From contig OZ240241.1 of NCBI GenBank assembly GCA_965198115.1, positions 6,880,001 through 6,944,000 on the forward strand: 64,000 nt of DNA, given 5' to 3'. The DNA comes from Candidatus Latescibacterota bacterium. GTDB taxonomy: Bacteria; Latescibacterota; UBA2968. The position numbers and the translations under genes are program-made. Positions 27,803 through 37,440 of this stretch are shown here, piece after piece. Below the pieces are notes generated by a model. It searched no databases. It saw nothing but the letters and a program-made list of their open reading frames with translations, and was not told the DNA's origin. Each line of letters starts with the position of its first letter. Position 1 is the stretch's first letter.

Positions 27803-30221
27803 TCAGGGGGCCGATGGGGGGTCTTTGGCACGTAGATCGTGCAACTCGATGGCCGGGCCGACGAGGTCGAGAAGATGGGTAGGATGGATGATAGGCTTCT
27901 GCATGTGGAAGTCGAAGAGGCGAAGTCGCGTGTCCGCTTCTTGTAGGGTCCCATCCCGTCAGAAGAACCGTCGTGAGGGCAGGGTCGACTTCCTTCATCC
28001 GTTTGGCCACCCTGTCGCCGGTCCACTCCGGCATCCCGAGATCGATGAGCGCCACGTCGAAACGTTTCTTCCCCAGGAGTTCGATGGCTTCCCAGCCGCC
28101 CCTTGCCGCTTCGACATCGTGGTAAGAATCGAGCATCGCCCTGACGACCGACCGACCGATATCCTCGTCGTCGACGACGAGTACACGGCCCCTCCGCGTA
28201 GCTGCCCGGTCCGTTTCCGTCGCTACGGGGGGCGACTCTTCCCCGTCCCAGACAGGCAGGTGAAGGGTGAATGTCGTGCCCTCGTCGGGTGTGCTCTGAA
28301 GCTCGACGCGGCCTCCCCAACTCGAGATGGTTCCGTAAACGGTCGAAAGGCCCAGCCCGGTCCCTACGTCGGCTTTTGTGGTGAAGAAGGGCTCGAACAC
28401 TCGACGCTGGGTTTCTTCGTTCATTCCGATGCCCGTGTCTTGCACGATCACACGAACTTCGTTCTGATCGTGGACCGTCGTGAGGTGGATGGTACCCCCT
28501 CGTGGCATCGCGTCGATCGCGTTGAACAGGAGATTCATCACGATGTCGTGCAGACCGGATTCGGTGGCGGCGATGGGAGGTACGTCGGGCAGATCTGTGT
28601 GGACCTCGATTCGGATTCCCTGCAGCTCGGGTTCATCGTGCCATCTCGGACGCGTGGCCTGGACGACGTCTTCGATCACAGGACCCGGATCGACCGCGCG
28701 CGTGTGTTCGGCGCTGCCTTTGATCGACCGATCGAGGCGATGAATGAGGTCTCTGGCGCGTGAGGCCGAGCGATGGATGAGGCTGGCATCCTCCTTGACC
28801 TGAGGGTTGCCTGTCGTATCGCGAAGGAGGGCGGCCGGGCCGAGGATGCCGGTCAGGATGTTGTTGAGGTTGTGGCTGATCCCGGCTGTCATCTCGCCTA
28901 ACGCTCGCAGCCGCTCTAGACGGACGAGCTCTTGTTCGGTCTTCTTGCGATCGGTGATGTCGTATGACAAGATGTGTGCACCCACGACTTCGTCGTCTTC
29001 GATCAGTGGCGAGATACGAGCGAAATACCAGCCGTAATCACCACCTGCGACGATGGCTTTTACTTCAAGCTGTCGGTCTTTGTTGTTGTTGATGACGTCT
29101 TCGAAGGTCCTGGTCACTCGATCGCGATCCTCGGGAGCCACCAGATCTCGGAGGTCAGAGCCGATGGTCTGCTCCAGTGTTCTGCCTGGTGCCGAGTGGT
29201 TGATGAACTGAATTCGGGCATCCAGATCGACGGTGATGATGACGTCCCTGACGTTTTCGACGAGCTGACGCCACTCCCGTTCCGACTCCGACAGAGCCTC
29301 CAGGTCCGCAAGACGTGCCAGTCCGACCGAAAACAGATCGGCCACTTGTTCGAGTTCGTCCCGATCGACTTCGATGAACGCGTGTGGTTCGGTACTGTGG
29401 ACGGAAACAACCCCTAAATTGAACGGCACGTCGTAGCAACTGGCGATTATGAGTCCGGCGAATTTCCTGCGGAAGCGTTCACGACCCTCACCGACGATCT
29501 CGTTGATCAGGTAGGGTTTCCGTGTTGCCCAGACACGGACCAGGTGTCGTGCTCGCCTCTGGTGGGGGGGTTGAACAAGACCCTTCCTGTCAACACGATA
29601 GGTCTCCACTTCGTGTTTGGCGGGGTCGACGACACGATGGATGGCCATCGTGTCCGCTCGGATGCCGATTTTTCGCAGCTGATCGAGGCACACACACAGG
29701 ACGGTTTCAAGGTCATCGGGCCTGGCCATCTCCTGGATGACCTGGCTGATGCGAAGGAAGGCGCCCTGTCTCTGATTCTGTCGCTGGAGGAGTTGCTCCT
29801 TCGATTTTAGTTCCTCGATCGTCTTCCTATGTTCGGTAATATCCTGAAAGACTGTCACGAAGTAGCCGCGACCGGGAGAATAGGCGGAAACGGAGTACCA
29901 ACGCCCGAGATGTTCAGCGTACTGCTCAAAAGACGTGGACTCTCCTGTGCTGGCAACACGGCCATAGGTCCCGATCCAATCGAAATCAGAAGCGGAAATC
30001 TGGGGGAGGACTTCCGTAACGCGACAGCCGATCAGGGCTTCCCGCTTCAATCCCGTCAGCTTTTCAAAAGCGTCGTTGACCTGGAGGAAGATGTAGTCGA
30101 CCGGAACGCCGTCCGCGTCGAAGATCATCTTATGGTGAGCGGCGCCGACCGGCAGATGATCGAACAGCGTTCGGACCTGATGTTCGGAAGGAAGAGTTTG
30201 TGGGAGGTTGTGCGGCATCAC
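27803..30221 (-). CDS. PAS-GAF-PAS hybrid sensor histidine kinase with receiver domain (frameshift near 27948)
   Basis: PAS domains, H-box HNLNN, N/G/F boxes, GTGLGL and receiver VVDDE; removing one base restores ...TGWDLQEAD...MQKP...* ending at 27803. Confidence 0.85.
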
Positions 30222-30349
30222 GAATGTATAAAGTGAGCCGGCCCCCCCTAAAAGTCCACTCCATTTACATCCTCGAGTTGCCTTCCGATGCGCGCTCGGT
30301 TACCTTCGCTCCGTTCTGAATCTACGATGAAGACAACATAGGAGACTTC

Positions 30350-31123
30350 GTGGCGCGTTTGATCTGGGTAGGGATGCTGGTCGGTATTGTCGGCGGCTGT
30401 GATCTGAGAGATCAGTATGGGGCGTTCGGGGATGTCGTATTCGTGACGCCGGGTGTGTTGAATATGCGAGAGGGACCGTCGACACGGTCCGCAGTCGTAC
30501 GCAGACTCGAACGTGGGCAGGAACTTGGCGTTCTGTCGCGGAACGGCAAATGGGTGAACGTGAGATTGCCAGATCGCGTCGAGGGATGGGTCCACGGCGA
30601 CTACATCGGGAGTGCTGCCGACGTGCGGGCTCGTTTCGAGCGGGACCTAAAAAGTCGCAGGCCCTCACGCTCCCAGCCGGCGCGGACACGATCGCCCAGG
30701 GCGCCCACGGATGCGAAGGGGATCGGACGATCGATCGACGATCTGGGTTTGGGGCTGTGGCACGAAATCGAAGAACTGGATCCGCTCGACGGAATCGAAC
30801 GCCGGATGTCTATCATCGAGGACGGTCAGCTCGTGGCGGAGTTCTGGGGGAACCCCGAGGATCTGAATCGTGCAACGCTGCTGGTGAGGGTGCGTGGCGA
30901 GGATGTTGACCTGGACAGGAACGCGGGGATCGCGCGACTATTCGTTCGGAATGCAATGCCCGGGCTGGATCGAGACAATGCGTGGATGCACGCCAAGCTG
31001 CTCGAACTGTCGAGCAAGGATGTGGGTGAGGGCACGCTCAAGACAACACACCGGCAGGTGAGCTTTTACTTCATCAAGGCGCTGGGTAGCGTCCGTATTA
31101 CGGTGGAAACTCCGTCTGTGTAG
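30350..31123 (+). CDS. SH3b-domain lipoprotein
   Basis: Lipobox-like IVGGC; LNMREGPST...GWVHGDY SH3_3 signature. Confidence 0.75.
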   Translation: MARLIWVGMLVGIVGGCDLRDQYGAFGDVVFVTPGVLNMREGPSTRSAVVRRLERGQELGVLSRNGKWVNVRLPDRVEGWVHGDYIGSAADVRARFERDLKSRRPSRSQPARTRSPRAPTDAKGIGRSIDDLGLGLWHEIEELDPLDGIERRMSIIEDGQLVAEFWGNPEDLNRATLLVRVRGEDVDLDRNAGIARLFVRNAMPGLDRDNAWMHAKLLELSSKDVGEGTLKTTHRQVSFYFIKALGSVRITVETPSV

Positions 31124-31148
31124 ATGCGGCCACGGTCTGGACGTGAAC

Positions 31149-31179
31149 AGGGGGACGATCCTCAGGATCGTCCCCCTTT
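31149..31179. terminator. Bidirectional hairpin terminator
   Basis: AGGGGGACGATCCT-C-AGGATCGTCCCCCTTT between the convergent SH3 gene and dnaK. Confidence 0.75.
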
Positions 31180-31213
31180 GCTATGCCGGCGGGCAAATTG
31201 ATCGGGCAATGAA

Positions 31214-33160
31214 TTACTTTTTCTCGGCTGGCTCCTCATCGACGACCTCGAAATCAGCGTCGACAGCGCCTTCCTTCTTATCGTCCGAAGTCTGACCCGG
31301 GTCGCCCTCCGATGGTCCTGGCCCCGCCTCGGGGTCTGCACCCGGGGGTGGCTGTTCGGCCGAAGCCTGCTGGTAGAGCTCGCTTGCCACCTGGTGCCAC
31401 GTTTGTGTCAAGGCGTCGGTCGCGGATTTGATCTCGTCGGAGTTTTCGCCTTTCAGCACTTCCTTCACCTTGTCGACGGCGCCCTGGACCTGTGTCCGTG
31501 CGTCGTCACTGATCTTTTCCTTCATTTCTTCGAGCTGCTTCTCGGTCTGGTAGACCTGCTGGTCGGCCTGGTTGCGGACTTCGATCGACTCACGTCGCGA
31601 CTTGTCTTCGGCCGCGTGTGACTGTGCATCGTTGACCATCTTGTCGATCTCTTCGTCGGACAAACCGGACGAAGCCTCGATCCGGATGTTCTGCTCTTTC
31701 TCGGTGGCCTTGTCTTTGGCGGAAACGTTCATAATGCCGTTCGCGTCGATGTCGAAACTGACCTCGACCTGTGGCATCCCGCGTGGAGCAAGTGGAATGC
31801 CGTCGAGATGAAAGCGTCCGATCGTGCGGTTATCGACGGACATTTCGCGTTCGCCTTGGAGGACGTGAATCTCCACGGACGTCTGATTGTCCGCGGCTGT
31901 TGAAAAGACCTCGGTCTTTTTCGTTGGAATCGTGGTATTCCGATCGATGAGCTTGGTCATCACACCGCCGAGGGTTTCGATCCCCAGCGAAAGTGGTGTG
32001 ACGTCGAGGAGAAGTACGTCGGTCACGTCGCCGGCGAGCACACCGGCTTGAATCGCGGCACCGATGGCGACGACTTCGTCGGGGTTCACGCCGCGATGCG
32101 GCTCTCTTCCGAAGAGGGTTTGGACCAGGTCCTGAACCTTCGGGATGCGAGTGGATCCACCGACGAGGATGACTTCGTCGATATCCGAGGGCGAAAGCCC
32201 CGCGTCCCTAATCGCCTGTTCACACGGTCCTTTGGTCCGTTCGATCAGACCGTCGACGAGCTGCTCGAACTTGGCGCGCGTCAAAGACAGGTTCATGTGC
32301 TTCGGACCCGATGCGTCGGCTGTGATGAACGGGAGGTTGATTTCGGTCTGCATCGAGGAAGAGAGCTCACACTTGGCTTTTTCGGCCGCTTCTTTGAGCC
32401 GCTGAAGCGCCATCGGATCCTGACGAAGGTCGATCCCGTTCTGCGACTGGAACTCGTCGGCCAACCAATCGATGACGGCCTGGTCGAGGTCGTCACCACC
32501 GAGGTGCGTGTCGCCGTTCGTCGACTTGACTTCGAACACACCGTCGCCCAGTTCGAGGATGGAGATATCGAACGTTCCGCCACCGAGGTCGTAGACGGCG
32601 ATTTTCTCGTCTGATTTCTTGTCCAGACCGTAGGCCAGCGCAGCAGCCGTGGGCTCGTTGACGATGCGCTCGACCTCGAGACCGGCGATCTTGCCGGCGT
32701 CCTTGGTTGCCTGCCGCTGGGCATCGTTGAAGTAAGCTGGTACCGTGACGACGGCCTTGTCGATCTTCTCGCCCAGGTAGTCTTCGGCGGTCTGCTTCAT
32801 TTTTTGAAGGACCATCGCCGAAATTTCGGGTGGTGTGTAGGATTTGTCGGCAAGCTTGACAGAAGCGAGGTTCCCGGTTCCGGTTTCGACGGTGTAGGGG
32901 ACCTCTCTGATCTCGGATCCGACTTCGTCGTGGCGGCGGCCCATGAATCGCTTGATAGAGAAGACCGTGTTCTGCGGGTTCGTTACGGCCTGTCGTTTTG
33001 CCACCTGACCGACGAGCCGCTCACCGTCGCCCGCGAAAGCGACGACGGATGGTGTCGTCCGATCTCCTTCGCTATTTGGAATCACGACAGGATCGCCTCC
33101 CTCCATAACGGCGACGCACGAGTTTGTCGTGCCGAGGTCGATCCCGATCACTTTCGCCAT
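31214..33160 (-). CDS. dnaK: Chaperone DnaK (Hsp70)
   Basis: [22 protein letters not shown] and DLGGGTFD motifs; C-terminal DADFEVV. Confidence 0.98.
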   Translation of the reverse strand: MAKVIGIDLGTTNSCVAVMEGGDPVVIPNSEGDRTTPSVVAFAGDGERLVGQVAKRQAVTNPQNTVFSIKRFMGRRHDEVGSEIREVPYTVETGTGNLASVKLADKSYTPPEISAMVLQKMKQTAEDYLGEKIDKAVVTVPAYFNDAQRQATKDAGKIAGLEVERIVNEPTAAALAYGLDKKSDEKIAVYDLGGGTFDISILELGDGVFEVKSTNGDTHLGGDDLDQAVIDWLADEFQSQNGIDLRQDPMALQRLKEAAEKAKCELSSSMQTEINLPFITADASGPKHMNLSLTRAKFEQLVDGLIERTKGPCEQAIRDAGLSPSDIDEVILVGGSTRIPKVQDLVQTLFGREPHRGVNPDEVVAIGAAIQAGVLAGDVTDVLLLDVTPLSLGIETLGGVMTKLIDRNTTIPTKKTEVFSTAADNQTSVEIHVLQGEREMSVDNRTIGRFHLDGIPLAPRGMPQVEVSFDIDANGIMNVSAKDKATEKEQNIRIEASSGLSDEEIDKMVNDAQSHAAEDKSRRESIEVRNQADQQVYQTEKQLEEMKEKISDDARTQVQGAVDKVKEVLKGENSDEIKSATDALTQTWHQVASELYQQASAEQPPPGADPEAGPGPSEGDPGQTSDDKKEGAVDADFEVVDEEPAEKK

Positions 33161-33260
33161 TTTCCACTCCCTTCGGTAAGTCGAAGCCGTGGCCTGTCGC
33201 TCAGGCGGCCTCTTTTTTCTTTTGGGTGTCGAACTCGACTGTCCGACTCCGCTGAAAGAA

Positions 33261-33275
33261 GCAAGCGATACGCCA
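33261..33275 (-). promoter_or_regulatory. Putative sigma54 (-24/-12) promoter of dnaK
   Basis: Minus strand TGGCGTATCGCTTGC = GG-N10-GC with TTGC, 100 bp upstream of the ATG. Confidence 0.65.
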
Positions 33276-33353
33276 TAAAAATAAAATCGTATAAGCCATT
33301 TATAGTTAGATAGTTGAGAATATATTCCGATTGCAACGCTATACCGGGATCGA

Positions 33354-33386
33354 TGCCATAATGGCACCTAGGGTGCCTATATGACA
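33354..33386. promoter_or_regulatory. Tandem palindromic operator/enhancer candidates upstream of dnaK
   Basis: TGCCATAATGGCA (33354-33366) and TGCCTATATGACA (33374-33386), offset by exactly 20 bp. Confidence 0.5.
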
Positions 33387-33456
33387 CTATTTTGTTCATA
33401 GAAACAGCGAGGTCCCTGACAGATGGTCCTCGCTGTTTATTCAAAGGACGGAGGGA

Positions 33457-34620
33457 TCAGGCAGCCTTGACGGCTTGGACAACCGCTTCGGCGGCCTCCT
33501 TGAGTTCCATCGCGACGGTGAATTCGAGGCCGGATTCCTTGAGAATGGTTGCGCCCTCTTCCGCGTTGGTGCCCTGGAGCCTGATGACGATCGGGACACT
33601 CACTTGGAGGTCCCCTAACGCTTCGACTACGCCCTGCGCCACTCGATCGCAACGGACGATTCCGCCGAAGATGTTGATGAGCACCGCCTTGACGTCGTCG
33701 TCGGAGATGAGAATTCGAAAGGCGCTTCGCACACGCTCGACGTTCGTTCCCCCGCCGACATCCAGAAAGTTGGCCGGTGAGGACCCGGCGTATTGGATAA
33801 TGTCCATCGTGGCCATCGCAAGGCCCGCGCCATTGACCATACAGCCGACTTCGCCGTCGAGCTTGATGTAGTTGAGTTCATACTTCGAGGCTTCGACCTC
33901 GAGAGCATCCTCCTCGTCGAGGTCACGAAGTTCCTCAAGGTTCTTGTGCAGGTAGAGGGCATTGTCGTCGATGTTGATCTTGGCGTCGAGTGCGATGAGG
34001 TGATTGTCTCCAGTGACGACGAGGGGGTTGATCTCGAAGAGGCTGCTGTCGGTCGCCTCGAAAGCCTTGGCGAGAGCGAGGATGAGACGTCCGCCGTCCC
34101 TGAGGGCGTCTCCCTCGAGCCCAAGACCGAAGGCGAGACGACGAGCCTGGAAAGACTGCATCCCGACGGCCGGATCGATCGTTTCTTTGAGGATCTTTTC
34201 GGGCGTTTCCGCTGCAACCTGTTCAATGTCCATTCCGCCGGCTTGAGAAGCCATCACGACGAGCTTCGAAGTGGCGCGGTCGAGGACGATGCCCAGATAC
34301 AGTTCACGATCGATGTCGGTCGCTTCCTCGATCAGGACCTGTTTGACCTTCTGGCCTTCGGGTCCCGTCTGGTGTGTCACGAGTTGCATACCGAGGATGT
34401 CGTTGGCGTGCTGCTCGGCTTCGGCGGAATCATCGGCCAGCTTGACGCCCCCACCTTTCCCGCGACCACCCGCGTGGATCTGGGCTTTGACGACGACCTT
34501 GCCGCCGAGCTCGTCTGCTGCGGATCGGGCATCCGAAGCTGCCGTGACGACCTTGCCAGTCGGGACAGGCACGCCGAATGATTTAAGGACCTCTTTGGCC
34601 TGGAATTCGTGAATTTTCAT
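33457..34620 (-). CDS. sucC: Succinyl-CoA synthetase beta subunit
   Basis: MKIHEFQAK, GGRGKGGGV, NGAGLAMAT and NIFGGIVRCD motifs. Confidence 0.97.
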   Translation of the reverse strand: MKIHEFQAKEVLKSFGVPVPTGKVVTAASDARSAADELGGKVVVKAQIHAGGRGKGGGVKLADDSAEAEQHANDILGMQLVTHQTGPEGQKVKQVLIEEATDIDRELYLGIVLDRATSKLVVMASQAGGMDIEQVAAETPEKILKETIDPAVGMQSFQARRLAFGLGLEGDALRDGGRLILALAKAFEATDSSLFEINPLVVTGDNHLIALDAKINIDDNALYLHKNLEELRDLDEEDALEVEASKYELNYIKLDGEVGCMVNGAGLAMATMDIIQYAGSSPANFLDVGGGTNVERVRSAFRILISDDDVKAVLINIFGGIVRCDRVAQGVVEALGDLQVSVPIVIRLQGTNAEEGATILKESGLEFTVAMELKEAAEAVVQAVKAA

Positions 34621-34710
34621 CGATTTTTCCTCGCGCAGACAGGGGAACCGGGCACACCGATCAGAACGACAACCGGAAGATAGGGGTGGCCAGTGGGATG
34701 GCCAAATGCT

Positions 34711-36270
34711 TCAGGTGCGGAGGTCCTTCCCAGTCATTTCACCAGGTTGATCGATACCCATCATGCCGAGGAGGGTCGGGGCGACGTCGCAGAGCGAGGC
34801 GCCGACGCGCAGAGATTCATCGAAATCGGGATCGACAAGGACGAAGGGGACTTCGTTGGTCGTGTGGGCGGTGTGTGGGTCGCCCGTTTCGTAGTGGATC
34901 ATCTGTTCGGCGTTGCCGTGATCGGCGGTGACGATGGCCCGACCGCCGACGTCGTGGATCGCTTCGAGCACTCGGGCCAGGCACGCGTCGACCGTGGATA
35001 CGGCGGTGATAGCGGCGTCGAGGACACCCGTGTGGCCGACCATATCGGGGTTCGCGAAGTTGCAGATGGCGGTGTCGTGGTCGCCGTTCTTGATGGCCGC
35101 GATGAGACGATCGGCGACTTCGGGCGCGCTCATCTCGGGTTTGTGGTCATAGGTCGGTACGTCTTTGGGGGACGGGACGAGGATTCGGTCTTCGCCGGCG
35201 AAAGGTTCTTCGCGCTGCCCGTTGAAAAAGAAGGTGACGTGGGCGTATTTTTCGGTTTCCGCGATGCGAAGCTGCCGCTTACCTATCCTGCTGATCTTTT
35301 CGCCTAAGATCATCGGCATCTCCTGGGAGAGGACGTCGGGGGGATAGGCGATGCCGTCAACCGGGACGTCCTGCTCATACCGTGTCAGGGTCGCGTAGTG
35401 GACGTCGGGCCGCTTGCGGCGGTCGAACCCGTCAAAGTCGGCGAGGGTGAATGCGCGCGTGAGCTGACGCGGTCGATCGCCCCTGAAATTGAAGAAGATG
35501 ACCGAATCGCCGTCGTCGATCGTGGCGACAGGGTGACCCGCGTCGTCGACGATGGCGATCGGGTCGACGAATTCGTCGGTGACGCTTCGGCGGTAGGAGG
35601 CTTCGATGGCGCCGATCGGATCGGTGGCCGATTCGCCTTCACCAAGGGTGAGGAGATCGTAAGCCCGCTGCGTTCGCTCCCATCGCCTGTCCCGGTCCAT
35701 CGCATAGTAACGGCCGCATATGCTTGCGACTCTGCCGACTCCGATCTCGTGGGTCGATTCGATGAGTTCACGAACACGGACGCTACCGCTGGTTGGTGGC
35801 GTGTCACGCCCGTCGAGTAAAGCGTGAAAGAAGACGGCCTCCTTGTCGAGACCCCGCTGGGCGGCCATTTGCAGGAGACCTAAATAGTGCGTCGGCCACG
35901 AGTGCACGCCGCCGTTGGAGACGAGGCCGATGAGGTGGAGCCTTTGACCGGTTTTGACGCGATCGATGGCGGCTGCGAGGGCGTCGTTGGTGAGGAAGCT
36001 GCCGTCGTCGATGCGCTCTTCGATGTAAGCCATTGCCTGGGTGACCACGCGTCCCGCCCCGAGGTTCAGGTGTCCGACCTCGGAATTTCCCATCAGTCCC
36101 CTCGGTAGTCCGACGTGGTGTCCAGAGGTGATGAGGGTCGTCGTGGGATAATCGGATGAGATGCGGTCCATCGTCGGGGTGTCGGCGATGGCGACGGCAT
36201 TGTGGTCGGGGTTCGGATTGAGACCCCAGCCATCGAGGATGATGAGAGCGGTGAGGGGACGTTTGGGCAT
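34711..36270 (-). CDS. gpmI: 2,3-bisphosphoglycerate-independent phosphoglycerate mutase
   Basis: ILDGWG, MGNSEVGH, GRYYAMDRD, NPDMVGHTG and ADHGNAE motifs. Confidence 0.97.
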   Translation of the reverse strand: MPKRPLTALIILDGWGLNPNPDHNAVAIADTPTMDRISSDYPTTTLITSGHHVGLPRGLMGNSEVGHLNLGAGRVVTQAMAYIEERIDDGSFLTNDALAAAIDRVKTGQRLHLIGLVSNGGVHSWPTHYLGLLQMAAQRGLDKEAVFFHALLDGRDTPPTSGSVRVRELIESTHEIGVGRVASICGRYYAMDRDRRWERTQRAYDLLTLGEGESATDPIGAIEASYRRSVTDEFVDPIAIVDDAGHPVATIDDGDSVIFFNFRGDRPRQLTRAFTLADFDGFDRRKRPDVHYATLTRYEQDVPVDGIAYPPDVLSQEMPMILGEKISRIGKRQLRIAETEKYAHVTFFFNGQREEPFAGEDRILVPSPKDVPTYDHKPEMSAPEVADRLIAAIKNGDHDTAICNFANPDMVGHTGVLDAAITAVSTVDACLARVLEAIHDVGGRAIVTADHGNAEQMIHYETGDPHTAHTTNEVPFVLVDPDFDESLRVGASLCDVAPTLLGMMGIDQPGEMTGKDLRT

Positions 36271-36390
36271 ACTGTTTCACTCGGAAGCGCAAAGAACGGC
36301 CCGTGGCCGTATCCAATAGAGGCCAGAAGTCTGAGGTCAGGGAAGTTTCAAAAAATACGGGCTCGACCCTGGCGAGGCGAGGATTTCAAA

Positions 36391-37271
36391 CTACGTGAGG
36401 GCGTCTGCGATCTTTTCGATCTCCCGACTGAGCGAGGCGTGGAATCCTTGAACGATTGGGCGCGCCCAGGTACGGCTCCGACCGACCAGACTGATCGGTC
36501 TCGTCAGCCCGGGTTCTGGGAAGCGGATGAGGTGTCGCTGGTCGATCCCGAGCGACCGCGCGATGCCGAGGGGGACCAGACCGTGGGCCAAGCCCGCCTT
36601 GGCGATCTGTGTGATGCAGGCGAACGACTGCAGGGTTCGCTCGACGACGACGCGAAACTTCCATCGAGAGGCGTGTGCACGCAACCGTCTTTCGAGGTAT
36701 CGCCACGTGGAGGCGTGCGGCTCGATAGTTAGTACCGGCAGGGTTTCCTCGAGTTGGAAGGTCTTGAGTCCGGCGGGGACGATGACCATCGGCTCGTGCA
36801 GGATGATTTCGGATTTGAGTTCGGGGGTTTCGCCAGATTCTCCGGCGCAGAGCGCGAGCATATATTCTCCCGACCGAACGTGGTCGAGTGCGACAGGGCT
36901 GCGGTGTGCGTTCAATCCGATTTCGAGGTCGGGCACGTTGCGTTGGACCTGGTAGAGAACACGCGCACCCCAGGAGGCCAGGATCGATTCGGAGACGCCG
37001 ATGACGAGTCGTTCGCCGGTCGTCGGCCCACCCTGGTCGAGCGCGTCCTTGAGGGCGGCCATGAATGGGGAGGTTTTGTCGAGCAGGTTCTCGCCGGCGG
37101 GGGTCAGACGAACGCCGCGACCGGCCGGCTCCACGAGTCGGAGATTAAGCCCCCTTCCAAAGCCGCAATGCGCTTGCTGACCGCAGATTGGGTGATGCGG
37201 AGTCGTGTGGCTGCGCTGGTCATCGTGCCGAGGTCGGCGAGCGCGGCGAGCGCTTCCAGGTTGGCGATCAC
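36391..37271 (-). CDS. LysR-family regulator (frameshift in a homopolymer near 37150)
   Basis: GTG 37271 gives the HTH MIANLEALAALADLGTMTSAATRLRITQSAVSKRIAALE, which joins the effector-binding domain if one base is restored. Confidence 0.85.
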
Positions 37272-37315
37272 GGGGCTGTCCTTTCATTCTACTTTGGAAT
37301 ATGCATTAGTCGAAT

Positions 37316-37378
37316 CATTCGCTTTTATAATGGATTAATATGGCTACATTGACACGCAAGAGAAAGTGAATTAACAAT
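37316..37378 (+). promoter_or_regulatory. LysR box and sigma70-like promoter for acnA
   Basis: CATT-N9-AATG (T-N11-A) at 37316-37332; TTGACA at 37349, 17-bp spacer, TAACAAT. Confidence 0.55.
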
Positions 37379-37440
37379 AAGGGCGTGCGGCGATCCGGTC
37401 GCCGGTCATACGCGGGGGCGATACCTGAGAGGATGACGAG

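Noticed and set aside
31214-33367. N-terminal extensions in the ORF track (dnaK, GH4, RraA, NtrC, cytochromes, rplU)
   Set aside because: Family homology and RBS positions indicate downstream starts; the extensions are open-frame run-ups.
33362-33377. GGCACCTAGGGTGCC as a CIRCE element
   Set aside because: It does not match TTAGCACTC-N9-GAGTGCTAA in arms or spacing and is better explained by the adjacent tandem palindromes.
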